DNA from: an uncultured Nitrospiraceae bacterium
GTDB taxonomy: Bacteria > Nitrospirota > Nitrospiria > Nitrospirales > Nitrospiraceae
Reading direction: 5' to 3'
NCBI GenBank assembly: GCA_963730935.1
Contig: CAVSTP010000004.1
Span: forward strand, 480,001 to 544,000
Length of the DNA stretch: 64,000 bases
The position numbers were made by a program, and so were the translations under genes. Below, piece after piece: positions 12,682-21,436 of the stretch. The number at the start of each line of letters is the position of its first letter. The first letter of the stretch is position 1. Below the pieces are notes generated by a model that searched no databases, was not told the origin of the DNA, and saw only the letters and a program-made list of their open reading frames with translations.

Positions 12682-12710
12682 ACCATAGGCCTCTCCCGCC
12701 ATAGCGTCAA
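12682..12710 (-). promoter_or_regulatory. Sigma70-type promoter of the ncRNA
   Basis: TTGACG-N17-TATGGT ending 8 nt before the closing stem. Confidence 0.75.
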
Positions 12711-12849
12711 GAAAACTAATGTATGTTGCGCAGACCGGCATGATGCGACTCGCCTGATCGCACGATACCCCTCGGCAAGCACTGTTCACCATTGCCTCGT
12801 ACCTGCTTTTGTGGTACCAAGACCCACGCTCACATCATTACGAGGTTGA

Positions 12850-14916
12850 ATGTCGAAGAAGCAGACGTCCGCTCTTGTGTCCGCCTCCCGTCCGACAGCT
12901 CCGGAACCAGCCGTCCAAAAGAAACCGCCGCAACAGCAGATCACCGCGGTGGAAATGGGTGCGCGGCAGCGGGAAATTTCCGTTTCGGAATTCTTCACCA
13001 AAAACCGGCATCTGCTCGGCTTCGACAATCCTCGCAAGGCGCTGCTCACCTGCGTCAAAGAAGCAGTTGATAATGCCCTGGATGCCTGTGAAGAGGCCGG
13101 CATCCTGCCGGATGTCAGCGTAAAGTTGGAAGTGGTCTCGAACGGGGAACCGATCGCGCCCAGCCAGGCCAGCAAATTCCGCATCACGGTCACCGATAAT
13201 GGGCCGGGCATCATCCGCCAGCACATTCCCCGCATTTTTGCCAAACTGCTCTACGGCTCAAAGTTCCACCGGATGCGGATGAGCCGCGGTCAACAGGGAA
13301 TCGGAATTTCCGCGGCGGGCATGTATGGCCAGCTGACAACGGGCAAACCGGTCAAGATCATTTCCCGGACGAGCCCGAGAGCTGCCGCGCATTTTTTCGA
13401 AGTCCAGATCGATACCAAGAAAAACGAACCACTGGTGCATGAAAACAAGCAGATCGAGTGGGAGCAGGCGCAAGGGACACAAGTCACGTTGGAGGTCGAA
13501 GGAAAATATCAGAAGGGGCGCGCGTCGGTCGACGAGTGGCTCGAACAAACGACCATTGCGAACGCCCATGTACGGCTCGTGTACCACACGCCGGAAGGCG
13601 AGACAAAGGAATACGCCCGGACGTATCACGAACTGCCACCTTCGCCGCGGGAGATCAAACCGCACCCCTACGGCATCGAATTCGGGATGCTGCTCAAGAT
13701 GCTGCAGGATACGAAAAGTCAAACAGTGTCAGGTTTCCTCGCCGGTGATTTCTGCCGGGTCTCTCCTCTACTGGCGACCGACATCTGCAAGGAAGCCAAG
13801 GTGTCCCCTCACCTCAAGCCTCGCGACCTCAAGGGAACTGCTGCGGAAACGCTGTATAGGACGATTCAGAACACCAAGATTATGGCGCCTCCGACGAATT
13901 GCCTTTCCCCCATCGGCGAAAAGGCGATTCTGTCCGGTCTCTACAAACAGATCAAAGGTGAATTCTACACAGCGGTCAGCCGGCCGCCGGCCGTCTACCG
14001 CGGCAACCCGTTCGTCATCGAAGCAGGATTGGCTTTCGGCAATCGGCCGGGTCAACAGACGAAGCCGGAGCAGCCCGCCGGGCCACGAGCGGAAGGGGAG
14101 GAAAAAGACGTCGACGCGGAACTCGCGAGGGTCATCCGGTATGCGAACCGCGTACCCCTCCTGTATCAGCAATCGGCCTGCGCAACGTTCAAAGCCGCGT
14201 TGAACACGACCTGGAAAAATTACGGCGTGCCGCAATCGCGCGGGGCCTTGCCCGCAGGACCGATGGTGATTTTTGTCCATATGGCGTCCGTCTGGGTGCC
14301 CTTCACCAGCGAATCGAAGGAAGCCATTGCCGATTACGACGAGATTCAAAAGGAAATCACCCTCGCCCTCCGCGAATGCGGCAGGCGCCTCGGATTGTTC
14401 CTCCGACGCCGGGAACGGGCGGCCAGCGAGTACCGGCGGCGCAACATTTTCGAATTGTACATCGAGGAAGTCGTCGAAGCCTGCAACCGGCTCAAGGGGG
14501 GGAAGCTCGTTAAAGAGAAGGTCAAAATGCAGCTCCAGAAGATCGCGAACTCACGCACCGGCGGCAGTAAAACCGATGACGCGCTGGGCAAGACGGGCGG
14601 TGGTCCGGAAGGGTTGCCCCATTCCATTATCGTCACCGACGAAGGCATCGAAGGCGAAGTGACAGCGCCCTCTCAGGTCGAAGCGGCAGACGAGACGGCC
14701 GGTCCAGGAGAAAGCGATCTCCTTGGCGCACCCGCAGCTCCCGCGCCCAAGTCACGGAAATCTGCCCACAAGAGGACGAGATCTCACCAGAGTCATACGA
14801 CTGGGCCACGCCGCAAGAGCGATCAGATGGCCTTGTTCGACAAGCGTGCCGACGCCACATCCAAAAGGAAGGGGGTGGACCGCTCAAAACCGAAGACGGC
14901 CCATCGCAAGAAATAG
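12850..14916 (+). CDS. top6B: DNA topoisomerase VI subunit B
   Basis: SVSEFF, E.VDNALDA, DNGPGI, SRGQQGIGIS GHKL motifs; RYANRVPL; VPFTSESKEA. Confidence 0.96.
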   Translation: MSKKQTSALVSASRPTAPEPAVQKKPPQQQITAVEMGARQREISVSEFFTKNRHLLGFDNPRKALLTCVKEAVDNALDACEEAGILPDVSVKLEVVSNGEPIAPSQASKFRITVTDNGPGIIRQHIPRIFAKLLYGSKFHRMRMSRGQQGIGISAAGMYGQLTTGKPVKIISRTSPRAAAHFFEVQIDTKKNEPLVHENKQIEWEQAQGTQVTLEVEGKYQKGRASVDEWLEQTTIANAHVRLVYHTPEGETKEYARTYHELPPSPREIKPHPYGIEFGMLLKMLQDTKSQTVSGFLAGDFCRVSPLLATDICKEAKVSPHLKPRDLKGTAAETLYRTIQNTKIMAPPTNCLSPIGEKAILSGLYKQIKGEFYTAVSRPPAVYRGNPFVIEAGLAFGNRPGQQTKPEQPAGPRAEGEEKDVDAELARVIRYANRVPLLYQQSACATFKAALNTTWKNYGVPQSRGALPAGPMVIFVHMASVWVPFTSESKEAIADYDEIQKEITLALRECGRRLGLFLRRRERAASEYRRRNIFELYIEEVVEACNRLKGGKLVKEKVKMQLQKIANSRTGGSKTDDALGKTGGGPEGLPHSIIVTDEGIEGEVTAPSQVEAADETAGPGESDLLGAPAAPAPKSRKSAHKRTRSHQSHTTGPRRKSDQMALFDKRADATSKRKGVDRSKPKTAHRKK

Positions 14917-14921
14917 CCACG

Positions 14922-16025
14922 ATGCCGACTAAACAGAAAAAAACGAGCGCAGTGGAGAAGAAACTCATCGGGATTGCCGACATTGTCGTGACGGCCGCAG
15001 AACGCTCGAAGGATCCCACTATTGCCATTCCAATTCGCGCCTTGTCGAACGTCTCGTTCAATTCACGCAAGGGCATGATTGAGATGGGTCACAAGAAACA
15101 AGCCCGTTCCTTCTTCAACGTTGGAATGGCAAAGAAATTCATGCAGACCGTGCTGGTGGCGGACGCCCTGTCCGAACTGCAGCGCGCCGATCTCACGACG
15201 TCGCTTCGGGAAATCTACTACCGAACGAAACACACGATTCAGGATTCACACGAAAATACCTTCGACACCCAGGACGAATCGGACCCCGTGATCGAAGACC
15301 TCGAGGTCTCGCTCGCGGCGTTGCGCGAAGAACTGCACGTGCGCGCGGAAAACAGCGGCAGCATCGTCGGGCCGGTCGTCTTCGGCGACGACGGGGACAG
15401 GGTGGACTGTGCGCGCCTGGGCAAAGGGGGTTATTCAGTGCCCTCGATCGTGGAACCGGAGTATCTGGAGATCCGTCGTTGCACCGCCGATTTCTTGCTT
15501 TTGGTCGAAAAAGGCACGCAATGGAATCGCTTGTCGGAAGACAAGTTCTGGCGGCGGTACAACTGCGTGCTGCTGACAGGAAACGGTCAGCCGCCGAGAG
15601 GCGTGAGGCGTCTGGCCCGGCGGCTCCATGAAGAGCATAAACTGCCCGTCTACGTCCTGGTCGATAACGATCCCTGGGGCTACTATATCTATTCGGTGGT
15701 GAAGCAAGGCTCGATCAACCTCGCGTTCGAAAGCCAGCGGATGGCCATTCCGAAAGCCAAGTTCATCGGACTGTCGAGCGCCGATCCCGAGCGATACGAG
15801 CTGCCTAGAAACGTGGGCATCAAACTCAATGAGAAAGACATCGCGCGGGCAAAGGAACTCACGAACTACCAATGGTTTCAGAAGCCGGCATGGCAGGCCG
15901 AGATCAAGCGCATGCTGGCCAGTGGTCTCAAGTATGAACTTGACGCGCTCGCCAATAAGGATTTTCAATACCTCACCAAGAAGTATCTTCCCCGAAAGCT
16001 CAAGGAAAAAGACTGGTTGGATTAA
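14922..16025 (+). CDS. top6A: DNA topoisomerase VI subunit A
   Basis: SLREIYY catalytic Tyr; TOPRIM VEK and DNDPWG; K.EL.AL. Confidence 0.95.
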   Translation: MPTKQKKTSAVEKKLIGIADIVVTAAERSKDPTIAIPIRALSNVSFNSRKGMIEMGHKKQARSFFNVGMAKKFMQTVLVADALSELQRADLTTSLREIYYRTKHTIQDSHENTFDTQDESDPVIEDLEVSLAALREELHVRAENSGSIVGPVVFGDDGDRVDCARLGKGGYSVPSIVEPEYLEIRRCTADFLLLVEKGTQWNRLSEDKFWRRYNCVLLTGNGQPPRGVRRLARRLHEEHKLPVYVLVDNDPWGYYIYSVVKQGSINLAFESQRMAIPKAKFIGLSSADPERYELPRNVGIKLNEKDIARAKELTNYQWFQKPAWQAEIKRMLASGLKYELDALANKDFQYLTKKYLPRKLKEKDWLD

Positions 16026-16078
16026 CGCAGGGGATTCTCCCAGTAGGCAGATCGATCCATGTGGAGCTAGCGTGAGAC

Positions 16079-16399
16079 ATGGATCGAATCACACTACTTG
16101 TGGTGATGTTGGCCTGTCTCTTAACGTCGCCGGCGCTAGCAGCGGACATCGTTCCAGCTCCGGAATCTCCACCGCCGTCGCCGAGCCAGCCGCCCGCCGA
16201 GCAGTCTAAACCGGAGGTGACTCCTAGCCCGCGTGATCCCGGCATGGTGAAACAGCCGGAAACGGTTCCTCACCCTGATTCGGTCGTGACTCCTCCGGTG
16301 ATCGATCCTAAGATGGCCATCAATCCAGAGGCGGCACCCTCTCAACCAGTCGAACCTTCTAAACGCCCGAATCAGGAACAGGCACCCAAGAAACAATGA
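16079..16399 (+). CDS. Secreted Pro-rich hypothetical protein
   Basis: Signal peptide ending ALA; low-complexity P/E/Q body. Confidence 0.6.
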   Translation: MDRITLLVVMLACLLTSPALAADIVPAPESPPPSPSQPPAEQSKPEVTPSPRDPGMVKQPETVPHPDSVVTPPVIDPKMAINPEAAPSQPVEPSKRPNQEQAPKKQ

Positions 16400-16683
16400 T
16401 CGATGAGGGAGCACCCCGTCCATCACGCGACGTCAAGGAGATGATGATCGCGGGGATGCCATGTGCGGTTGTCCTATAGACGATCTGCCGAAGCGCGCTG
16501 GACTGTGAGCGCCACCGTCAAGTGCGGGATCAAAGACAAGGCAGAGGAATAATCGGTCGTCACGCAACCCCTGGACCGCCGAGAGTCGGCAGAGGGGCAC
16601 GCCCTTCAGCGATCGCAGCCACTCGCGAGTCCGCAACTGGAGTTGATCCGCATTCCCCGCAGCATCAGTCAATTGGAGGCCGC

Positions 16684-17250
16684 ATGGCGACAATCGGACA
16701 AGTCATTCCCGAGGGAACATTTCAGGCATTCCACGAACAGGAGATCCGCCCCATCACCTTGGAGAGCTACCGTGGCCGATGGGTGGTTCTCGTGTTTTAT
16801 CCCGGGGACTTTACGTTCATTTGTCCCACAGAGCTGGAAGAGCTTGGCGCCTTGTACGCCGACTTCCGGAAGGTGGGAGCGGAAGTGATCGGCGCCAGCA
16901 CCGATTCGGTCTACGTACACAAAGCCTGGTACGACACGTCCCCGGCGATCAAGAAGCTGGCGTTTCCACTGTTGGCCGACCCAGGAGGACACTTGTCCCA
17001 GAAACTCGGCGTGTATCTCTACCGAGAAGGCGTCGCCTTGCGCGGCAGCTTCATATTCGATCCAGACGGAAAGCTCTGCGCCTACGAAGTCCACGCCAAC
17101 AACATCGGGCGCAATATGGAAGAGCTTCTGCGCAAGCTTCAAGCGGCGGCCTTCGTGCACGAAAATGGAGGAGTCGAAGTGTGCCCCGCCGGATGGAAGC
17201 CGGGCGACCGCACGCTAAGACCGAGCCTCGATTTGGTGGGCAAGCTATGA
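16684..17250 (+). CDS. ahpC: 2-Cys peroxiredoxin
   Basis: FYP.DFTFICPTE and EVCPAGW; GGAGG RBS. Confidence 0.93.
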   Translation: MATIGQVIPEGTFQAFHEQEIRPITLESYRGRWVVLVFYPGDFTFICPTELEELGALYADFRKVGAEVIGASTDSVYVHKAWYDTSPAIKKLAFPLLADPGGHLSQKLGVYLYREGVALRGSFIFDPDGKLCAYEVHANNIGRNMEELLRKLQAAAFVHENGGVEVCPAGWKPGDRTLRPSLDLVGKL

Positions 17251-17258
17251 GGTGAGAG

Positions 17259-17540
17259 GTGATCTCACGGCGACACATAGCATGGTCGGTGTTGCCTGCG
17301 TTGTGTCTCATGATTGCCTTAGGCAGCGCCTGTTCGTCTCAATCGGACACTCAGAATTCGCTTAAACAGAACACCGGCGACGCGGGAAGCACCATGCCCC
17401 AGTCGCACCCGCCGTATTATCCCAATACGTCCGGCAACATCGTTGCGCCGCCCGGCAATCCTGCCGGCAATCCGTCCGGTGCACCGCCCATCGTCGGCGG
17501 CACGGCGAACCAACAGGCGGCCTGGCCTGACGGCCGCTAG
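17259..17540 (+). CDS. Small lipoprotein
   Basis: Lipobox GSAC; GAGG RBS. Confidence 0.55.
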   Translation: MISRRHIAWSVLPALCLMIALGSACSSQSDTQNSLKQNTGDAGSTMPQSHPPYYPNTSGNIVAPPGNPAGNPSGAPPIVGGTANQQAAWPDGR

Positions 17541-17716
17541 GCCGCTAGGTGGATCGCCCATTGTTCGTCGTCGCGCTGGCAACATCCACGCGACGTCCTA
17601 CGCGTTGTCGTGACGTCTGTCGTGATCGCCGCTCCTTGCACCGGCTTTTCCGGCGGTGTTAAGATCCACCTCGCACCGAAGCTTACGTTCTCGTCCGCCG
17701 TCCAACCGGAGATGCG

Positions 17717-17983
17717 ATGCCGAACATCACGTTGCTAATCTCCCCGAGCTGCGGCGCTTGTCCCTCGGCGAAAAGCCTCTGGAAGCAGCTGCGCGTGAAG
17801 TACAGTTTTTCGTATCGTGAAGTCGATATTACGACCCCGGACGGCCAGGAGCTTGCCAATCGCCATGCCGTTCGAGCAGTGCCGGCCACCATCATCGACG
17901 GGCGGCTGACGTTTGTCGGCGTGCCAAGCCGCGAGAGCGCAGAAAAAGCCTTGCAACTGAAAATGCGCCCGCGGGAAGGCTAG
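17717..17983 (+). CDS. Thioredoxin/glutaredoxin-like protein
   Basis: CGAC motif; AVP...IDG. Confidence 0.85.
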   Translation: MPNITLLISPSCGACPSAKSLWKQLRVKYSFSYREVDITTPDGQELANRHAVRAVPATIIDGRLTFVGVPSRESAEKALQLKMRPREG

Positions 17984-18005
17984 CGGCCCTTCATTGACGT
18001 GATGT

Positions 18006-18161
18006 ATGGATGAAGACGATAACGAGCTTCCGATTCTCCCGCGAATCGACAAAGGACCGCCTCCCGACTGTCCGATCTGCGGCGATCCCATGTCCTTTAT
18101 CGACGGCGACTGGGCCTGTGTCGATTGCAACGGCGAACTGCTGGGACCGGAAACGGGCTGA
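18006..18161 (+). CDS. 51-aa acidic zinc-ribbon microprotein (below ORF-track cutoff)
   Basis: MDEDDNELPILPRIDKGPPPDCPICGDPMSFIDGDWACVDCNGELLGPETG; CPxCG and CxxC. Confidence 0.65.
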   Translation: MDEDDNELPILPRIDKGPPPDCPICGDPMSFIDGDWACVDCNGELLGPETG

Positions 18162-18217
18162 AGCGAGGCCCGCGAACGATAAGAGATGTGTTCGCCCTGC
18201 ATGAACAGGTTCCACGA

Positions 18218-18252
18218 ATTCCACACTCCGCACTCCACATTCCTCATTTCTA
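18218..18252 (+). repeat. Five degenerate 7-mer tandem repeats
   Basis: ATTCCAC ACTCCGC ACTCCAC ATTCCTC ATTTCTA just before the addB-like start. Confidence 0.5.
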
Positions 18253-18253
18253 G

Positions 18254-21200
18254 ATGCTGAAGGTTGTCACCGGCCGGTTCCATCCTTCCCTCGAATCCGC
18301 GCTCGTCGAACAGATCCGGCGCCTGAAAGCAGCCGACCCCTGGGCAAAGGTTGCGATTCTGGCTCCTTCCAAGCCGATCCTCGACCGACTCCGGCGGGTG
18401 CTGGCCATCGACCACGGGTTGTCGCTGCTGAATCTTCACCTCTTTACCTTTCACCAACTCGCCCTGCGGGTGGCCGATGAATTACGCAGCCGCTCCGGAC
18501 ATCCTCCGCTCCGTGTCGTCGATGGATTGTTCTTCGAGCACCTGGTGCGCCACCTCGTCGAACAACGGCTCGCCGAATCGCCGGCTCTCGGGCAATTGGG
18601 ACATTCGTTCGGAACCTGGGCCGCGCTCTGGGCGACGATCCGGGATCTCAAGGACGGAGGAGTCGATGCCGCTACAGCGCTGCAGGCACTTGGGGAAGGA
18701 TGCTTTGGTGGAGAGGATCAGGAATGGCTCCGCACGCTGTTTTCCCTTCAGGCGGCCGTCGAACAAGTCAGTGCTGACCTCGCCGTGGGCACGGCCGACG
18801 ATCTAGCCGACGCGCTCGTGGCCTCTGTAGCGGCGTCACAGTTTCTCGCCTCCATGCACCAGGTCTGCTACTACGGCTTCTATGATCTGACGCAGGTGCA
18901 GCTCTCGCTGTTTCAGGCCGTGAGCGCGAGCGTTTCCACGACGCTGTTCTTTCCCTTAGACAACCATCCATCGTTCGCGTTCGCCAGGCGCTTCTTCGAC
19001 CGCCACGTTCAGCCATTTCTGGGAGCAGATCCTCCCATACACCTCAATACGGTCGGGACAGGAACCCCGCCGCCGGAACTGTCGGTGCAGAGCGTCATCG
19101 GTCCCGAGGAGGAGTTGTCTGCCACCTGTCGGACCATTCTCGATCTGGTTGAGACACACGGATACCGCTTTGACGAGATCGGCGTGGTCGCACGCACACT
19201 GGCCCCTTACTGCACCCTCGTGCAATCGGTGTTCAACCGTCATCGCATCCCGGTGACCACGACGGCACGACGGCCGCTCATCCACCACCCGCTGTGCAAG
19301 ACCGTCCTGCTGTTGGCGGCGCTGCCCGTGAATGATTTCTATCGCACCGCCGTGCTCGACCTCGTGACCTCACCCTTCTTTGCCAAACCCGTGCTTGGTC
19401 GCAGCGGCTATTCAACAGCCTATCGGCCCGAGCAGTGGAAAGCGATCGTCGAGGCCTTGAACATCACGCATGGGCTCGATGAATGGAAGCGGTTAGAGCG
19501 TGCCTCTCAGTCCGCCCTTGAACTGGACGGTGACGGCGATGAGATAGGAGCGCTCGGCCCATTGGAGGTGACGCCGGAAGTAATCGCCGTACTGTGGAGC
19601 ACCGTGTCTCGACTTCTGACCTCTTGCTCAGCGCTACCTGCCCAAGGCCCGTACGGTACGTTGCTCGAAGCCTTTCAGTTCCTGTTGCAGGAACAGCTTC
19701 GGCGGGCGGATGACGGGCGAGATGGACTCGACAACGAGCCCGGTGGTTTGTCCGCAGTGTGGGAGGCTATCGATCAGACAGTGCGCAGGCTCGGCGAACT
19801 CACCGCCATCCGCCGTGAGCTCACGTGGGCTGATTTTTCCGACTTGCTGACCCATGCATTCGAGCGCGCAAGCGTTCCGCTGGAACAGGCGTCTACCCAG
19901 AGCGTCATATTCAGCGACGCGATGGCGGCACGAGGGCTCTCGTTTAGAGCGTTGTTCGTGCTCGGTCTCAACGAGAAAGTGTTTCCCCGGTACATTCGTG
20001 AAGATCCGTTTCTTCGTGATCGGCACCGTCTCGTGCTGGAAACGACGCTCGGATACAAGGTCGACGAAAAGCTCTCGGGTTACGACGAAGAGGCCTTGCT
20101 ATTCAGATTGCTCACCCAGGCGGCTGGACGGCGGTTGTATCTCTCGTTCCAGCGTGCCGACGATGCCGGACGGATGTTGGCGCCCTCACCCTATGTCGGC
20201 GAGGCGCGGCAGTCGGATGGAATGCCTCCGCCGCCCATGGACATGGTCCCGCGCCGTCTCACGGAGCGGCTCGCCCAGCGGCCAGTGATGAGCCGGTTTC
20301 TCCCGCCGGCAGAGCTCGCGCAGTGGATGGCAGTCAACGGCAAAGATGCTGCCGGTCTTCTCGAAGCCACAGGAGGTGACGCCGTCACGTTTCGCGAAGG
20401 CACCGAGGCGCTGGCCCGCACCGAGACCGACCAACAGGCCCTGACGGCCTTCGACGGCCTGACGGGCTCTCTGGAGACCCACTGGGTATCGCTCGAGGAG
20501 CGTGGCATCGCCCCAACCCCGCTGGAGCGGTATGCCCGCTGTCCGTTCCGCTATTTCTCCGCCGACGTACTGCGACTCGAACCGGTCCGTGCCCACGGCT
20601 CGGATGAACCGGACGTGCGTGTGCTCGGCACCTTTTGTCATAGCGCCTTGCGACGGTGCTATGAATTGCTGCTGCCCACCGGATGGCCGGAAAAACCCGT
20701 GACCGACGATACGATCGATTGGTGCATTGAGAGCGCCATCGAGGAGGCGGCCGCCGATGTCGAACGGGACCATCGAACGGGCCATTATCTCCTCTGGGAA
20801 CTCGCAAAGACCTCGATTCTTGATGTGATGACAGCCGCTGTCGATGACGATACACGCGCCTATCGCGACGCCCCCTTCGCGCCGGTCGCGTTCGAGGTCC
20901 TGGCGGAGGGTGCCATCACCGATGTCCCAGGCTGCGGATCGACGCCCCTGAAAATCCGGGGACGCGTGGATCGTGTCGACCGCCATCGCGACAGCCGAGC
21001 GCTCCGCATCATCGATTACAAACTGAAGATAGGAAAATCCATCACGTCTGAAGATCGGCACCTTGTTCAATCCGCCGCACGCGGCTATCGGCTGCAACCG
21101 CCTCTGTATGCCCGGCTCCATATTCCCGATCATGGCAACGCGCAACAGGTACAACTCTTCTTTCTTGCCCCCAACTGGGCGACTCCTGTCGTGCGTTCAA

Positions 21201-21436
21201 CCTTTGAAACCGATGTCTGGTCAACGGACAACGGTACCTTGCTCCGCAATACCCTCGGCCAACTGATGAACGGCATTAAGAACGGCAGGTTTTTCATCAT
21301 GCCGGGCACCTATTGCCAGACATGCGAATATCGCGTCGCCTGCCGCCGCGAGCACATGCCGACGTCGTGGCGCGCCTCTCGAACGATGGAAGCGAGAGCG
21401 TTGGCGGCCTTACGAACCCTGCGGGTCGACCGATGA
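18254..21436 (+). CDS. addB: AddB/RexB-like helicase-nuclease subunit
   Basis: Degenerate helicase N-terminus; PD-(D/E)xK nuclease GRVDRVD..IIDYK; Fe-S staple cysteines RCP...CQTCEYRVAC. Confidence 0.85.
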   Translation: MLKVVTGRFHPSLESALVEQIRRLKAADPWAKVAILAPSKPILDRLRRVLAIDHGLSLLNLHLFTFHQLALRVADELRSRSGHPPLRVVDGLFFEHLVRHLVEQRLAESPALGQLGHSFGTWAALWATIRDLKDGGVDAATALQALGEGCFGGEDQEWLRTLFSLQAAVEQVSADLAVGTADDLADALVASVAASQFLASMHQVCYYGFYDLTQVQLSLFQAVSASVSTTLFFPLDNHPSFAFARRFFDRHVQPFLGADPPIHLNTVGTGTPPPELSVQSVIGPEEELSATCRTILDLVETHGYRFDEIGVVARTLAPYCTLVQSVFNRHRIPVTTTARRPLIHHPLCKTVLLLAALPVNDFYRTAVLDLVTSPFFAKPVLGRSGYSTAYRPEQWKAIVEALNITHGLDEWKRLERASQSALELDGDGDEIGALGPLEVTPEVIAVLWSTVSRLLTSCSALPAQGPYGTLLEAFQFLLQEQLRRADDGRDGLDNEPGGLSAVWEAIDQTVRRLGELTAIRRELTWADFSDLLTHAFERASVPLEQASTQSVIFSDAMAARGLSFRALFVLGLNEKVFPRYIREDPFLRDRHRLVLETTLGYKVDEKLSGYDEEALLFRLLTQAAGRRLYLSFQRADDAGRMLAPSPYVGEARQSDGMPPPPMDMVPRRLTERLAQRPVMSRFLPPAELAQWMAVNGKDAAGLLEATGGDAVTFREGTEALARTETDQQALTAFDGLTGSLETHWVSLEERGIAPTPLERYARCPFRYFSADVLRLEPVRAHGSDEPDVRVLGTFCHSALRRCYELLLPTGWPEKPVTDDTIDWCIESAIEEAAADVERDHRTGHYLLWELAKTSILDVMTAAVDDDTRAYRDAPFAPVAFEVLAEGAITDVPGCGSTPLKIRGRVDRVDRHRDSRALRIIDYKLKIGKSITSEDRHLVQSAARGYRLQPPLYARLHIPDHGNAQQVQLFFLAPNWATPVVRSTFETDVWSTDNGTLLRNTLGQLMNGIKNGRFFIMPGTYCQTCEYRVACRREHMPTSWRASRTMEARALAALRTLRVDR

